Assembly (NCBI GenBank): GCA_046757525.1
Contig: JBHHYI010000042.1
Coordinates: forward strand, 1 to 26,779
Length of the DNA stretch: 26,779 bases
Reading direction: 5' to 3'
Source: a bacterium
GTDB taxonomy: Bacteria > Zhuqueibacterota > Zhuqueibacteria > Oceanimicrobiales > Oceanimicrobiaceae
Part shown: piece by piece, positions 15,935-23,892 of the stretch
Layout of the letters: every line of letters begins with the position of its first letter
Numbering within the stretch: the first letter of the stretch is position 1
Notes under the pieces: model-generated
The model's database searches: none
What the model was told of the DNA's origin: nothing
Seen by the model: only the letters and a program-made list of their open reading frames with translations
Translations under genes and position numbers: made by a program

Positions 15935-17806
15935 ATGATTGACCTCCTCATAGTTGTGGCTTTTGTGGTATACGCCGTCTCTTCAGGTTTTCGGGCGCGC
16001 GAAAAGGCTTCAAAGAATCTTCAAGAATATTTCTTAGCCGGCAAAACCCTGAAGGGTTGGCAGGCGGGCTTTAGCATGGCCGCCACGCAGTTTGCTGCCG
16101 ATACGCCCTTGTTGGTGACCGGCCTCATTGCTACCGGCGGCATCTTTATGGCCTGGCGACTGTGGATTTATGGCATCGCTTTTTTAATGATGGCCTTTGT
16201 GTTTGCGGTGGCCTGGCGACGTGCAGGCGTGCTCACGGATGCTGAGTTGACGGAAGTTCGATATAGCGGAGCCGGCGTTTTGCCACTGCGGGTTCTCAAA
16301 GCCGTTTACTACGGCACGGTCATAAACTGCGTGGTGCTGGCCATGGTGCTGGTGGCCGCAACGCGTATTGCCGAAATTTTTCTGCCCTGGCATCAGTGGC
16401 TTCCTGGCGGCCTGTACCAGATGATTTTGAACGTCACGCAAACATTGGGGCTTTCTTTGGGAACAGGCACTTCTGGATTAAGCCCTGAGGTGGTGACCAC
16501 GAACAATTTGATTAGCATTTTGCTCATTTTGGGTTTTACCGCCCTGTATTCTACAACGGGTGGCCTTAGAAGTGTGGTGGCGACCGACGTGGTGCAGTTC
16601 AGTTTGGCTATGGTCGGCACATTCGTCTACGCCATCATCGTGGTGACCCGGGCGGGCGGTTTGGGCAATTTGACCGCCAGGATCGTTGAACTTTACGGCA
16701 CCGCCTCAGCGAGCAAAATAATGTCGTTTGCGCCAACCGGGGGGGAGATCGTGCTACCATTCCTGGTCATCATTGGTCTGCAGTGGTTCTTTCAAATGAA
16801 TAGCGACGGCACGGGCTATCTTGCACAACGGTCTATGGCTTGTGCCACGGACCGTGATGCCCGCATAGCCGGGGTCTTATTTGCCTGGATGCAAATCTTT
16901 GCCCGCAGCTTGATCTGGCTGGTCATCGGCGTCGGTCTGCTCGTCATCTATCCCTATACATCGGCAAGCGTAGCTGGCGACCAGTTTGTGGCATCACGTG
17001 AAATAACCTTTGTCACCGGCATCAACGATTTGTTGCCCGTGGGCATCAGGGGACTCATGCTGACCGGACTATTGGCCGCCCTCGCTTCTACCATCGACAC
17101 CCATCTCAATTGGGGCGCCAGCTATTGGAGCAACGACATTTATCAGCGCTTGATTTGCCAACACTGGTTGAAACGCGAACCTAAGAGCCATGAACTGGTG
17201 CTTGCGGCCCGCTTTTCCAATCTGCTGATCTTGGTGATTGCCCTCACCGTTATGGCCAATTTAGGCTCGATTCAGGAGGCCTGGAAAATCTCGTTGCTGT
17301 TTGGCTCGGGCATGGGATCGGTGCTGGTCTTGCGCTGGCTTTGGGAGCGGATGAATCTTTTTTCCGAATTGGCAGCCATGGTCGCCTCTCTGATTGTTGC
17401 TCCCATTCTCCTGTGGAAGCTGCCCGGCGAGAAGGCCGATTGGATTCGATTGAGCTCGATGGCAGGCATCTCCACTGCTATTGCAATAGGCATTACCTAC
17501 GTCACACCCGCCACCGACATGGCCGTATTGAAGCGTTTTTATGAAAAAGTAAGACCGCTGGGATTTTGGGGCAAAACGGCTGCGGCAATGGGTGAGAATC
17601 CCGGGCATTCAGTGAAGAAACTGCGGCGCGGATTGAGAATTACGCTATTGTCGGCCTTTTCCCTATTTCTGCTGCACACCGGCGTTGGTAAATTGCTGAT
17701 CAAGGCTCCCGGCCAATCCATGGTCTCAGCATGGCTTTATATTTTCGCGGCCCTGGCGGCGATCCCTCTGTGGTGGAAAGACGCCGTTGGTCACTCACAG
17801 GAATGA
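15935..17806 (+). CDS. Sodium:solute symporter (SSS) family transporter
   Basis: YFLAGK, SMAATQFAADTPL, YSTTGGLRSVVATDVVQF and LAALASTID motifs; many TM helices; AAGGA RBS. Confidence 0.92.
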   Translation: MIDLLIVVAFVVYAVSSGFRAREKASKNLQEYFLAGKTLKGWQAGFSMAATQFAADTPLLVTGLIATGGIFMAWRLWIYGIAFLMMAFVFAVAWRRAGVLTDAELTEVRYSGAGVLPLRVLKAVYYGTVINCVVLAMVLVAATRIAEIFLPWHQWLPGGLYQMILNVTQTLGLSLGTGTSGLSPEVVTTNNLISILLILGFTALYSTTGGLRSVVATDVVQFSLAMVGTFVYAIIVVTRAGGLGNLTARIVELYGTASASKIMSFAPTGGEIVLPFLVIIGLQWFFQMNSDGTGYLAQRSMACATDRDARIAGVLFAWMQIFARSLIWLVIGVGLLVIYPYTSASVAGDQFVASREITFVTGINDLLPVGIRGLMLTGLLAALASTIDTHLNWGASYWSNDIYQRLICQHWLKREPKSHELVLAARFSNLLILVIALTVMANLGSIQEAWKISLLFGSGMGSVLVLRWLWERMNLFSELAAMVASLIVAPILLWKLPGEKADWIRLSSMAGISTAIAIGITYVTPATDMAVLKRFYEKVRPLGFWGKTAAAMGENPGHSVKKLRRGLRITLLSAFSLFLLHTGVGKLLIKAPGQSMVSAWLYIFAALAAIPLWWKDAVGHSQE

Positions 17807-17889
17807 CAGCGTTTCGCCGCAGAATTTGCCCGGTTCCCTGACAATCCGTGAAGGTTCCTGTACGCTGCCACGTGGGCGCGTCATCTGTA

Positions 17890-19416
17890 TTATTGGTGTT
17901 CTAACTTGACTTGTGAGGGGATTGGCATTGCCACATTCTCTTCCGGCACATAGTCCTGCAGCAAGGGAAAGGCGCTCAGGTCCTTGGCGAAGGCTGTTGT
18001 GAGGAAGGAATCCACCCACCAGAAAATATCATATTTGCGAATGATTTGCCGCAGTCGCCGCATTCTCCATTTTGTTTCGTCGCTGTCCATTTTGAACGCG
18101 CGATAAATAGCCTCGGCAATGCCTTCGATATCGTGGGGATTCACCAGTAAGGCATATTTTTGCAGTTGTGCTGCCGCGCCAGCAAATTCACTCATGATCA
18201 ACACCCCGGTGTTCTCCAAACAGCACGCACAATACTCCTTGGCTACCAAATTCATACCATCCTTCAAGGGGGTAATTAGTGCAATCTCCGCGGTACGATA
18301 GTAAGCCAACAGCTCCGGGCGCTCTAAGCTTCGAAAGATGTAGTGAATGGGCACCCAGCCCGAACGGGTAAACTGGCCGTTGATTTCACCTACGAGACGT
18401 TCTATTTCCGTTTTTAGGCTGGCGTACTTGGGAATGCTCCTTCTGCTTGGCACCACGACTTGAATGAGAGTCGTGTTTTCCTGCAGTTCAGGAAATTTTT
18501 TCAGGGCGCTTCTGTAAGCTTCCAACCGCTCGGGAATCCCCTTGGTGTAATCCAACCGATCGACTCCCAGGATGATTTTTTGCTTCGGGATATCTTCATG
18601 GATATACCAGGCCCTGTCAGAGACTTCCTGGGTAGCCGCTGATTTCGCAAACTCCCGGAAATCGATGCTGTTTGGAAACACACCGACTCTAATCTCGCGG
18701 TTGTCCAGGCGCATGGAATTCACCTGTCCTCGTCCCTCGATTCTCAGACCTTTGAGCAGCGTGCGCACACAGTGAACGAAGTTTCGGCGATCACGAAACG
18801 TTTGAAATCCGATTAGATCGTATTCCAGAAGCGCGTGCAGAATTTCAAAACGCCACGGCAGCCTCACGAGAATGTCCAGCGGCGGGAAAGGGATGTGAAG
18901 AAAGAAGGCGATCTTGGAGGTGACGCCCATGGCGTGCAATTCCCTGGCTACGGTCATGAGGTGATAATCGTGCACCCAGATGAAATCGTTGTGGCGCATA
19001 TTCTGGGTTATGGCACCAGCAAATTTCTGATTGACCCGTTGGTAGGCCAGCCAGTACTCCGGCCTGAAGTTGCAGTGGGAGGTAAAGTCGTGGAACAAGG
19101 GCCAGATGATTTCATTGGCAAATCCTTCATAATACTTCTCCTTTTCGTCAGAAGTTAGATGGACCGGTTTCAGAGTGTAACCGAATTTTTGCGTCTTTGC
19201 AGCCAACACGTTCTCGAGGGTGTTGCCTCCCTCGGCCACGGTTCCCGCCCAGCCGATCCAAATGCCGCCGCGGTGTTTTAGAACCGGTGCCATGGCAGTT
19301 ACCAGGCCGCCAGAACCTGGTTGAACCAACCAGTCACCCGTTTCGCTTTGGTCCAGCACGACCGGCAACCGGTTGGAAACGATCAGCAGACGGCTGTTCA
19401 ACGGTTCTTCTGACAC
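17890..19416 (-). CDS. otsA: Trehalose-6-phosphate synthase (GT20)
   Basis: SNRLP, GGLVTA, IWVHDYHL, FFLHIPFP, GVDRLDYTKG, DGMNLVAKEY and SEFAGAA motifs. GTG19416 follows AAAGGTG overlapping the mscS stop; ATG19455 is an alternative start. Confidence 0.93.
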   Translation of the reverse strand: MSEEPLNSRLLIVSNRLPVVLDQSETGDWLVQPGSGGLVTAMAPVLKHRGGIWIGWAGTVAEGGNTLENVLAAKTQKFGYTLKPVHLTSDEKEKYYEGFANEIIWPLFHDFTSHCNFRPEYWLAYQRVNQKFAGAITQNMRHNDFIWVHDYHLMTVARELHAMGVTSKIAFFLHIPFPPLDILVRLPWRFEILHALLEYDLIGFQTFRDRRNFVHCVRTLLKGLRIEGRGQVNSMRLDNREIRVGVFPNSIDFREFAKSAATQEVSDRAWYIHEDIPKQKIILGVDRLDYTKGIPERLEAYRSALKKFPELQENTTLIQVVVPSRRSIPKYASLKTEIERLVGEINGQFTRSGWVPIHYIFRSLERPELLAYYRTAEIALITPLKDGMNLVAKEYCACCLENTGVLIMSEFAGAAAQLQKYALLVNPHDIEGIAEAIYRAFKMDSDETKWRMRRLRQIIRKYDIFWWVDSFLTTAFAKDLSAFPLLQDYVPEENVAMPIPSQVKLEHQ

Positions 19417-19426
19417 GATGGCACCT

Positions 19427-20509
19427 TTAGTTGCTGTGAGTTGCTTCGGGTTCATTGGCCGTCTCTTTTTGTAAGAAAAGCGTTTGAGTGGGATAAGCGA
19501 ACTCGATGCCTTCCTGTTCGAAGCGGCGGAAAATCGCCAAATTAATGTTCTGTTGCGTATCCATGTAAACATTGTAGTTCGGGTTGCGAACATAATAGAC
19601 GATTTCATAATTCAAGGAAGAATCGCCGTAATCCTTGAAGTGAGCGCGATCAAATCGTGCTTCCTCCTCCTTTTCGATGATTTCCTTAAGAAACAGTGGA
19701 ATCGCAGCCAGCTTTTCGTACGAGGTCTGGTAAACCACGCCAAGCGAGAAAACCACACGGCGTTCGTACATTCTTTTGTAGTTGCGAATTCTGCTGCTAA
19801 GCAGGTCGCTGTTGGAAATGATGAGCTGTTCCCCGGAAATGCTCTGGATGCGCGTGGTCTTGAGGCCAATCTGTTTCACCGTCCCCATGTAGGTGTCTAA
19901 GATGATAAAATCTCCGATGACGAACGGTTTGTCCAGCACGATAGACAAGGAGGCGAACAAGTCTCCGAGAATATTTTGCACCGCCAAAGCGATGGCAATA
20001 CCGCCGATGCCAAGACCGGCAATCAGTCCGGTGATGTCGATTCCGAGATTGTCCAGGGCGATGAGCAACATGATCGCCCACAAAACCAGTTTGGCCACAA
20101 AACCAAGCGCCGTGATGGTGGTAACACTGGCGGCGTCTTTTTCCAGGCGTTCTTTTTTGTAACGACGTATGAAGAAATCAATGACACTGTTTCCCCAAAT
20201 GACCGCCTGCACCAGAAACCCGATGATCAACAAGTTGCGCAGGATGCTGCTGACTTTTTCGGGCACGGTAAGCACCAGGGAAGCGGCATAGATCGCCACC
20301 AGCAGCAAGACAAAGACTCTGATCTCGGCGATCAACTGTGCGATGAGATCGTCCAGCTCCGTTCTGGTTTTTTGGGTGAGAATGCCCAGGCGTTTAGCGA
20401 TTACCCCCTTGAGGATTCTTAAGATTAGCAGACTCACAACAAATACGATTAAGGCGATGAGCCATTCTTTCAACGTGTTGTCGTAAATCGTCTTGTTCAG
20501 AAAAGTCAT
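19427..20509 (-). CDS. mscS: Small-conductance mechanosensitive channel family protein
   Basis: LIAGLGIGGIAIALAVQNILGDLFAS, DKPFVIGDFI, IGLKTTRI and GIEFAYPT motifs. Confidence 0.92.
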   Translation of the reverse strand: MTFLNKTIYDNTLKEWLIALIVFVVSLLILRILKGVIAKRLGILTQKTRTELDDLIAQLIAEIRVFVLLLVAIYAASLVLTVPEKVSSILRNLLIIGFLVQAVIWGNSVIDFFIRRYKKERLEKDAASVTTITALGFVAKLVLWAIMLLIALDNLGIDITGLIAGLGIGGIAIALAVQNILGDLFASLSIVLDKPFVIGDFIILDTYMGTVKQIGLKTTRIQSISGEQLIISNSDLLSSRIRNYKRMYERRVVFSLGVVYQTSYEKLAAIPLFLKEIIEKEEEARFDRAHFKDYGDSSLNYEIVYYVRNPNYNVYMDTQQNINLAIFRRFEQEGIEFAYPTQTLFLQKETANEPEATHSN

Positions 20510-21300
20510 TTCTTGCCTCCACAGATTTTTTTCCAGCTTGAGAGGAATTGCAACAGTTCTTCAGGGGGGACCAGCCACAAATCGGCCCCGGTGGTTCTGA
20601 GTCGGGCATTCACCAGGATGCCGATGCCCCGATTTCTTACCGCTTGAAAGGCATCTTCGTCGGTCAGATCGTCGCCGAGATAGGCGACTGGGCTGTCGTC
20701 ATCCAGTTCGGAAAGTATTCTTTTGACCGCCTGGCCTTTGTCGTTGCCAGGGGTGCGGAATTCAATGCCGCCGTCAAATGGTTGCAGTCTCAAACCAATT
20801 TCGCGGGCACGATCAGCCCACTGCCGTGCAATCAGATCGCGGGTGGCGCTTGCGCGTGCTTCCGCCTGGCCGCGCCAGTGGATGGCCAGCGCTCCCGGCT
20901 TGAGCTCACACTGCCGCGACAGCCCCGCCTCATGGCACCATTGTTTGATGGTGCGCAAGGCATGGGAGAAGCCTTCCTCCAACGGAGCAAGCTCATAAGT
21001 CCCGTCGACGCGCAGGCGTTCCATCCCGTGAGAGCCCCAAATCTCTGGCAAACTCTTCAACCCCAGAAGGGGAATCAGGTCTTTAATGGCTCGACCGCTG
21101 ATGAGTACCAGGGTGCAATGCGGAGCGTTAAGTAGCTCACTCAAGGTTTCTCGGACACCCGGGTAGGGAACGGCCCGGTGTCTTTGTGGTTGAAAGGGCG
21201 CCAGGGTGCCGTCGTAGTCCAGAAGCAAGGCGCTTTGCCTCGCGTGTTGAACCCGGCGGAAAAAACGATCCAGGTCAAGTGTGGGATTCAAGGTTTTCAT
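20506..21300 (-). CDS. otsB: Trehalose-6-phosphate phosphatase (HAD)
   Basis: LLDYDGTLAP, ISGR, GSHGME, DKG and GDDLTDEDAF motifs. Confidence 0.92.
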   Translation of the reverse strand: MKTLNPTLDLDRFFRRVQHARQSALLLDYDGTLAPFQPQRHRAVPYPGVRETLSELLNAPHCTLVLISGRAIKDLIPLLGLKSLPEIWGSHGMERLRVDGTYELAPLEEGFSHALRTIKQWCHEAGLSRQCELKPGALAIHWRGQAEARASATRDLIARQWADRAREIGLRLQPFDGGIEFRTPGNDKGQAVKRILSELDDDSPVAYLGDDLTDEDAFQAVRNRGIGILVNARLRTTGADLWLVPPEELLQFLSSWKKICGGKK

Positions 21301-21316
21301 TGGTTGCCATTAAGGA

Positions 21317-22558
21317 CTACTGTAATTCGATTCTTTGCTCCTTTTCGTGCAGTAGCGCTACAAACAGAGTGAGATACTCTCGTAAGTGGCGCGTGATCAA
21401 AAAGTTTTCCCTGACGAACTCCTTGGCTTTGTTGCCCATCTCTACCAGCTTGTCGCGGTTGTTCAAGAGATAGCGAATGCGAAGGGCAGCCCCTTCGGGC
21501 GTATTCACCAGGAAGCCCGTGTGGTAGTTGATGACCTGGATGCGAATGCCTCCCGTGTCGCCGCCGATGACCGGTTTGTTCTTCCACATGGCCTCCGTGA
21601 CCGTTAAGCCGAATCCTTCCTTGATGGACTTTTGCAGCACCACGACCGAGGCCCGCTGCAGCGCGTTAATGGTGCGATGGGCATCCCCGGGCAAAAGCAG
21701 CACATGGGTGTCTGGATCGTCTGCGGCAGAGTTGCGTACCTCGTTCAGGACAATTTCGCCTTCTGGATCGTCCGAGGCACCGCCGCCGGCCAGCACCAGT
21801 TGCAAGGTTGGGATGAACTTCTTGGCCATCTTGTAAGCCTGGATGACCCCCAGAGGATCCTTGAAACGGTCGTATCTGGACACCTGCACGATCATGGGCC
21901 TTTCAGGGTCTAATTCAAATTGCTCAAAGACAGCCTGGATGTCCTCGTCCTTGAGTTCGATGTTCTTAACATGAAGCGGGTCAATGCTGGGCGGAATCAA
22001 ATAGATCGGGTGCGGCAATGGCTGGGCAAAAGTGGACAAAGAAAAAATGCTGGCGTCATAAAGCTGGACGAAGTTTCTCAGGTATTTCCACACCGGTCGA
22101 AACGGCTTGCTGACGTCGATGTGACAGCGCCACACCCACTTGCCCTTTCTTTCCGGAAAGTGTTGTACCAGGGCAGCAGGTTGCGGGTCATGGATGATGG
22201 CGATGTTGGCTTCTTGCAGCCTGTCCCGCAGGGTTTCGGCGGTTTGCGCATTGGTCCTCTCATACGCATTCAATATGCGCTCCGGAATGTTGATTTTGTC
22301 GCCCTGAATGGCGTTATGAAAGCTTTTGGTGCATTGATAGAATTCCGGCTTGCCCTGGATCACTTCCCAGGAAGTTTCTAAACCCAGCTCCTGCATCAGC
22401 GGTACCATTTTGTTGAGTATCTCGGCCACACCCCCGCCGACTCGGGTGGAATTCACATGTACCACGCGCATGCCCTTTAGCGGTCCGGCTAATTGCCGCA
22501 AATGGTCGACCACATCCTGCCCAGCAACTTTTGCGTATTTGGCTAAGGTCCCTGTCAT
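21317..22558 (-). CDS. treT: Trehalose glycosyltransferring synthase (GT4, TreT type)
   Basis: HVNSTRVGGGVAEIL, IHDPQP, WRCHID, SRYDRFKDP and EGFGLTVTEAMWK motifs. Confidence 0.88.
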   Translation of the reverse strand: MTGTLAKYAKVAGQDVVDHLRQLAGPLKGMRVVHVNSTRVGGGVAEILNKMVPLMQELGLETSWEVIQGKPEFYQCTKSFHNAIQGDKINIPERILNAYERTNAQTAETLRDRLQEANIAIIHDPQPAALVQHFPERKGKWVWRCHIDVSKPFRPVWKYLRNFVQLYDASIFSLSTFAQPLPHPIYLIPPSIDPLHVKNIELKDEDIQAVFEQFELDPERPMIVQVSRYDRFKDPLGVIQAYKMAKKFIPTLQLVLAGGGASDDPEGEIVLNEVRNSAADDPDTHVLLLPGDAHRTINALQRASVVVLQKSIKEGFGLTVTEAMWKNKPVIGGDTGGIRIQVINYHTGFLVNTPEGAALRIRYLLNNRDKLVEMGNKAKEFVRENFLITRHLREYLTLFVALLHEKEQRIELQ

Positions 22559-23232
22559 TTCCTTCCTTTGCTAAAAAATGTGACGAATATTTCGGTTAAT
22601 TTGCTGCGTAACTCCGTTAGCGTGGAAAAGTAAGGATCGATTTCATTGATGGCCTGGCACAGCGGCGCACATTCTTCCCCCAGGTCTTTGATCCAATTCT
22701 GGAAATCATCCAGACCACTCTCGTTGCGCCGGGGAGCATCGATGAAGTGGTAGAAGATACTTCCCACCGATATCTGCGGCAGCATCCGCACGAACTCCCG
22801 TGGATGCTTGACTTCATGATGCGTATCAAAGATGACAATCTGAGAACGAATGAACTCGAACTGATTGTCGTGCTGGGTCCACAGGGGGTAATCCACCTCG
22901 TCCAATCTTTCCTCTAAAATTTCGATGAGCTCCTGTCTCAAATCTTCCAGCGTAGCAAATTCCGTGGGGTCGACCAGGCTCAGGCGTTCTGAGAGGATCT
23001 TTTCGTGCAGGCTGTGGCGCGCCCAGATGGCGAAATCGTTGTGGTATTCAGGATCATCGAAACGCGGCCGAAGTAGCCCGCCCCAGAAATGGTAGTAAAT
23101 GCTGTCAGTCGTGATCGTTTGCAACTGATCTTTGAGTTCCCGCAGGTTCTGCGCCCGTTGGCCGGTTGCTATGGCGATTAATGCGCAGTCTTTGATGGCA
23201 AAAGGGGCTGCCTCCGTTTGATTATTGGCCAT
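22555..23232 (-). CDS. DUF5752 family protein (TreT-associated, OrfY-like)
   Basis: Internally duplicated motif SIYYHF...NDFAIW / SIFYHF...DDFQNW; ATGA overlap with treT. Confidence 0.8.
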   Translation of the reverse strand: MANNQTEAAPFAIKDCALIAIATGQRAQNLRELKDQLQTITTDSIYYHFWGGLLRPRFDDPEYHNDFAIWARHSLHEKILSERLSLVDPTEFATLEDLRQELIEILEERLDEVDYPLWTQHDNQFEFIRSQIVIFDTHHEVKHPREFVRMLPQISVGSIFYHFIDAPRRNESGLDDFQNWIKDLGEECAPLCQAINEIDPYFSTLTELRSKLTEIFVTFFSKGRK

Positions 23233-23288
23233 GATGGATTCTCTTTCAAGAAAAGTGGTGCAAAGGGTTTGGAAATTCTTACTTTAAC

Positions 23289-23317
23289 AATATAATCATT
23301 CCGGATATTTTTTTCAA
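23289..23317 (-). promoter_or_regulatory. Sigma70-type promoter of the trehalose operon
   Basis: Minus strand TTGAAA-N17-TATATT, 56 bp upstream of ATG23232. Confidence 0.55.
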
Positions 23318-23892
23318 CACCTAATTCTCCTGGTAATCTGTGCAAATTTCTTCCCGAGTTTGATGCAAGGAATTGCACATTTGAAAGATTCTCAGAAACC
23401 CTTGTTTGCTGGTTACCCCCTGTTATTAAAAAAGATAGCTCTAACCAGAGCGCGGTTGGCATAATGTTTGTTACTTAATTGTAATCTAAGAGTCAAAAAA
23501 ACAATCTGATAGTTTGTTCTCTCACTGTGCGTCGTTATTGACGTACTCTTCGTTTCTAATAAATTAGTACCTGTTGCCAATTTCTCGGTCAGTGTCACCG
23601 GAGGAAGCAAGAAGACTCCATCTCTGATTGCGCAGAGAGAAGCTTAAAGCATGCGAGGACGAAACAGGAAATGAGGCGCATTTCTGGCACTTTGCAACAG
23701 AAACCAACCGGTTACTCCTACACAATTCTTTGAAAATTCATTTGAAAGGGGAAAACTTTTTAGAATTTTGCGAAGGAGGTGAGTGAGAAAATGTAGAGTT
23801 CTATTGATAGCCGTGCATGGGCGCAAACTTGCGCTGAGTCGTGAGATTTAGAGAAAGAAACCGAAATTCCACATTTTACGGAGGGCTGAACA

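Noticed and set aside
23456..23472. TGGCAT-N5-TTGT sigma54-like site
   Set aside because: The -12 GC dinucleotide is replaced by GT, and there is no other support.
23587..23630. GGTCAG...CCGGAGGAAGCAA, resembling SRP RNA or a glycine riboswitch
   Set aside because: No GNRA-capped helix 8 or long SRP stem, and no upstream GGAGA or downstream CTCTCAGG for a glycine aptamer.
23655..23665. GAGGACGAAAC, matching the 3' half of a hammerhead ribozyme core
   Set aside because: The required CUGAnGA and the stem II partner (GTCC) are absent immediately upstream.
23233..23892. Cobalamin or TPP riboswitch upstream of the TonB receptor
   Set aside because: No B12-box or TPP (CTGAGA...ACCTG...GGGA) consensus could be assembled by eye; an Rfam scan would settle it.
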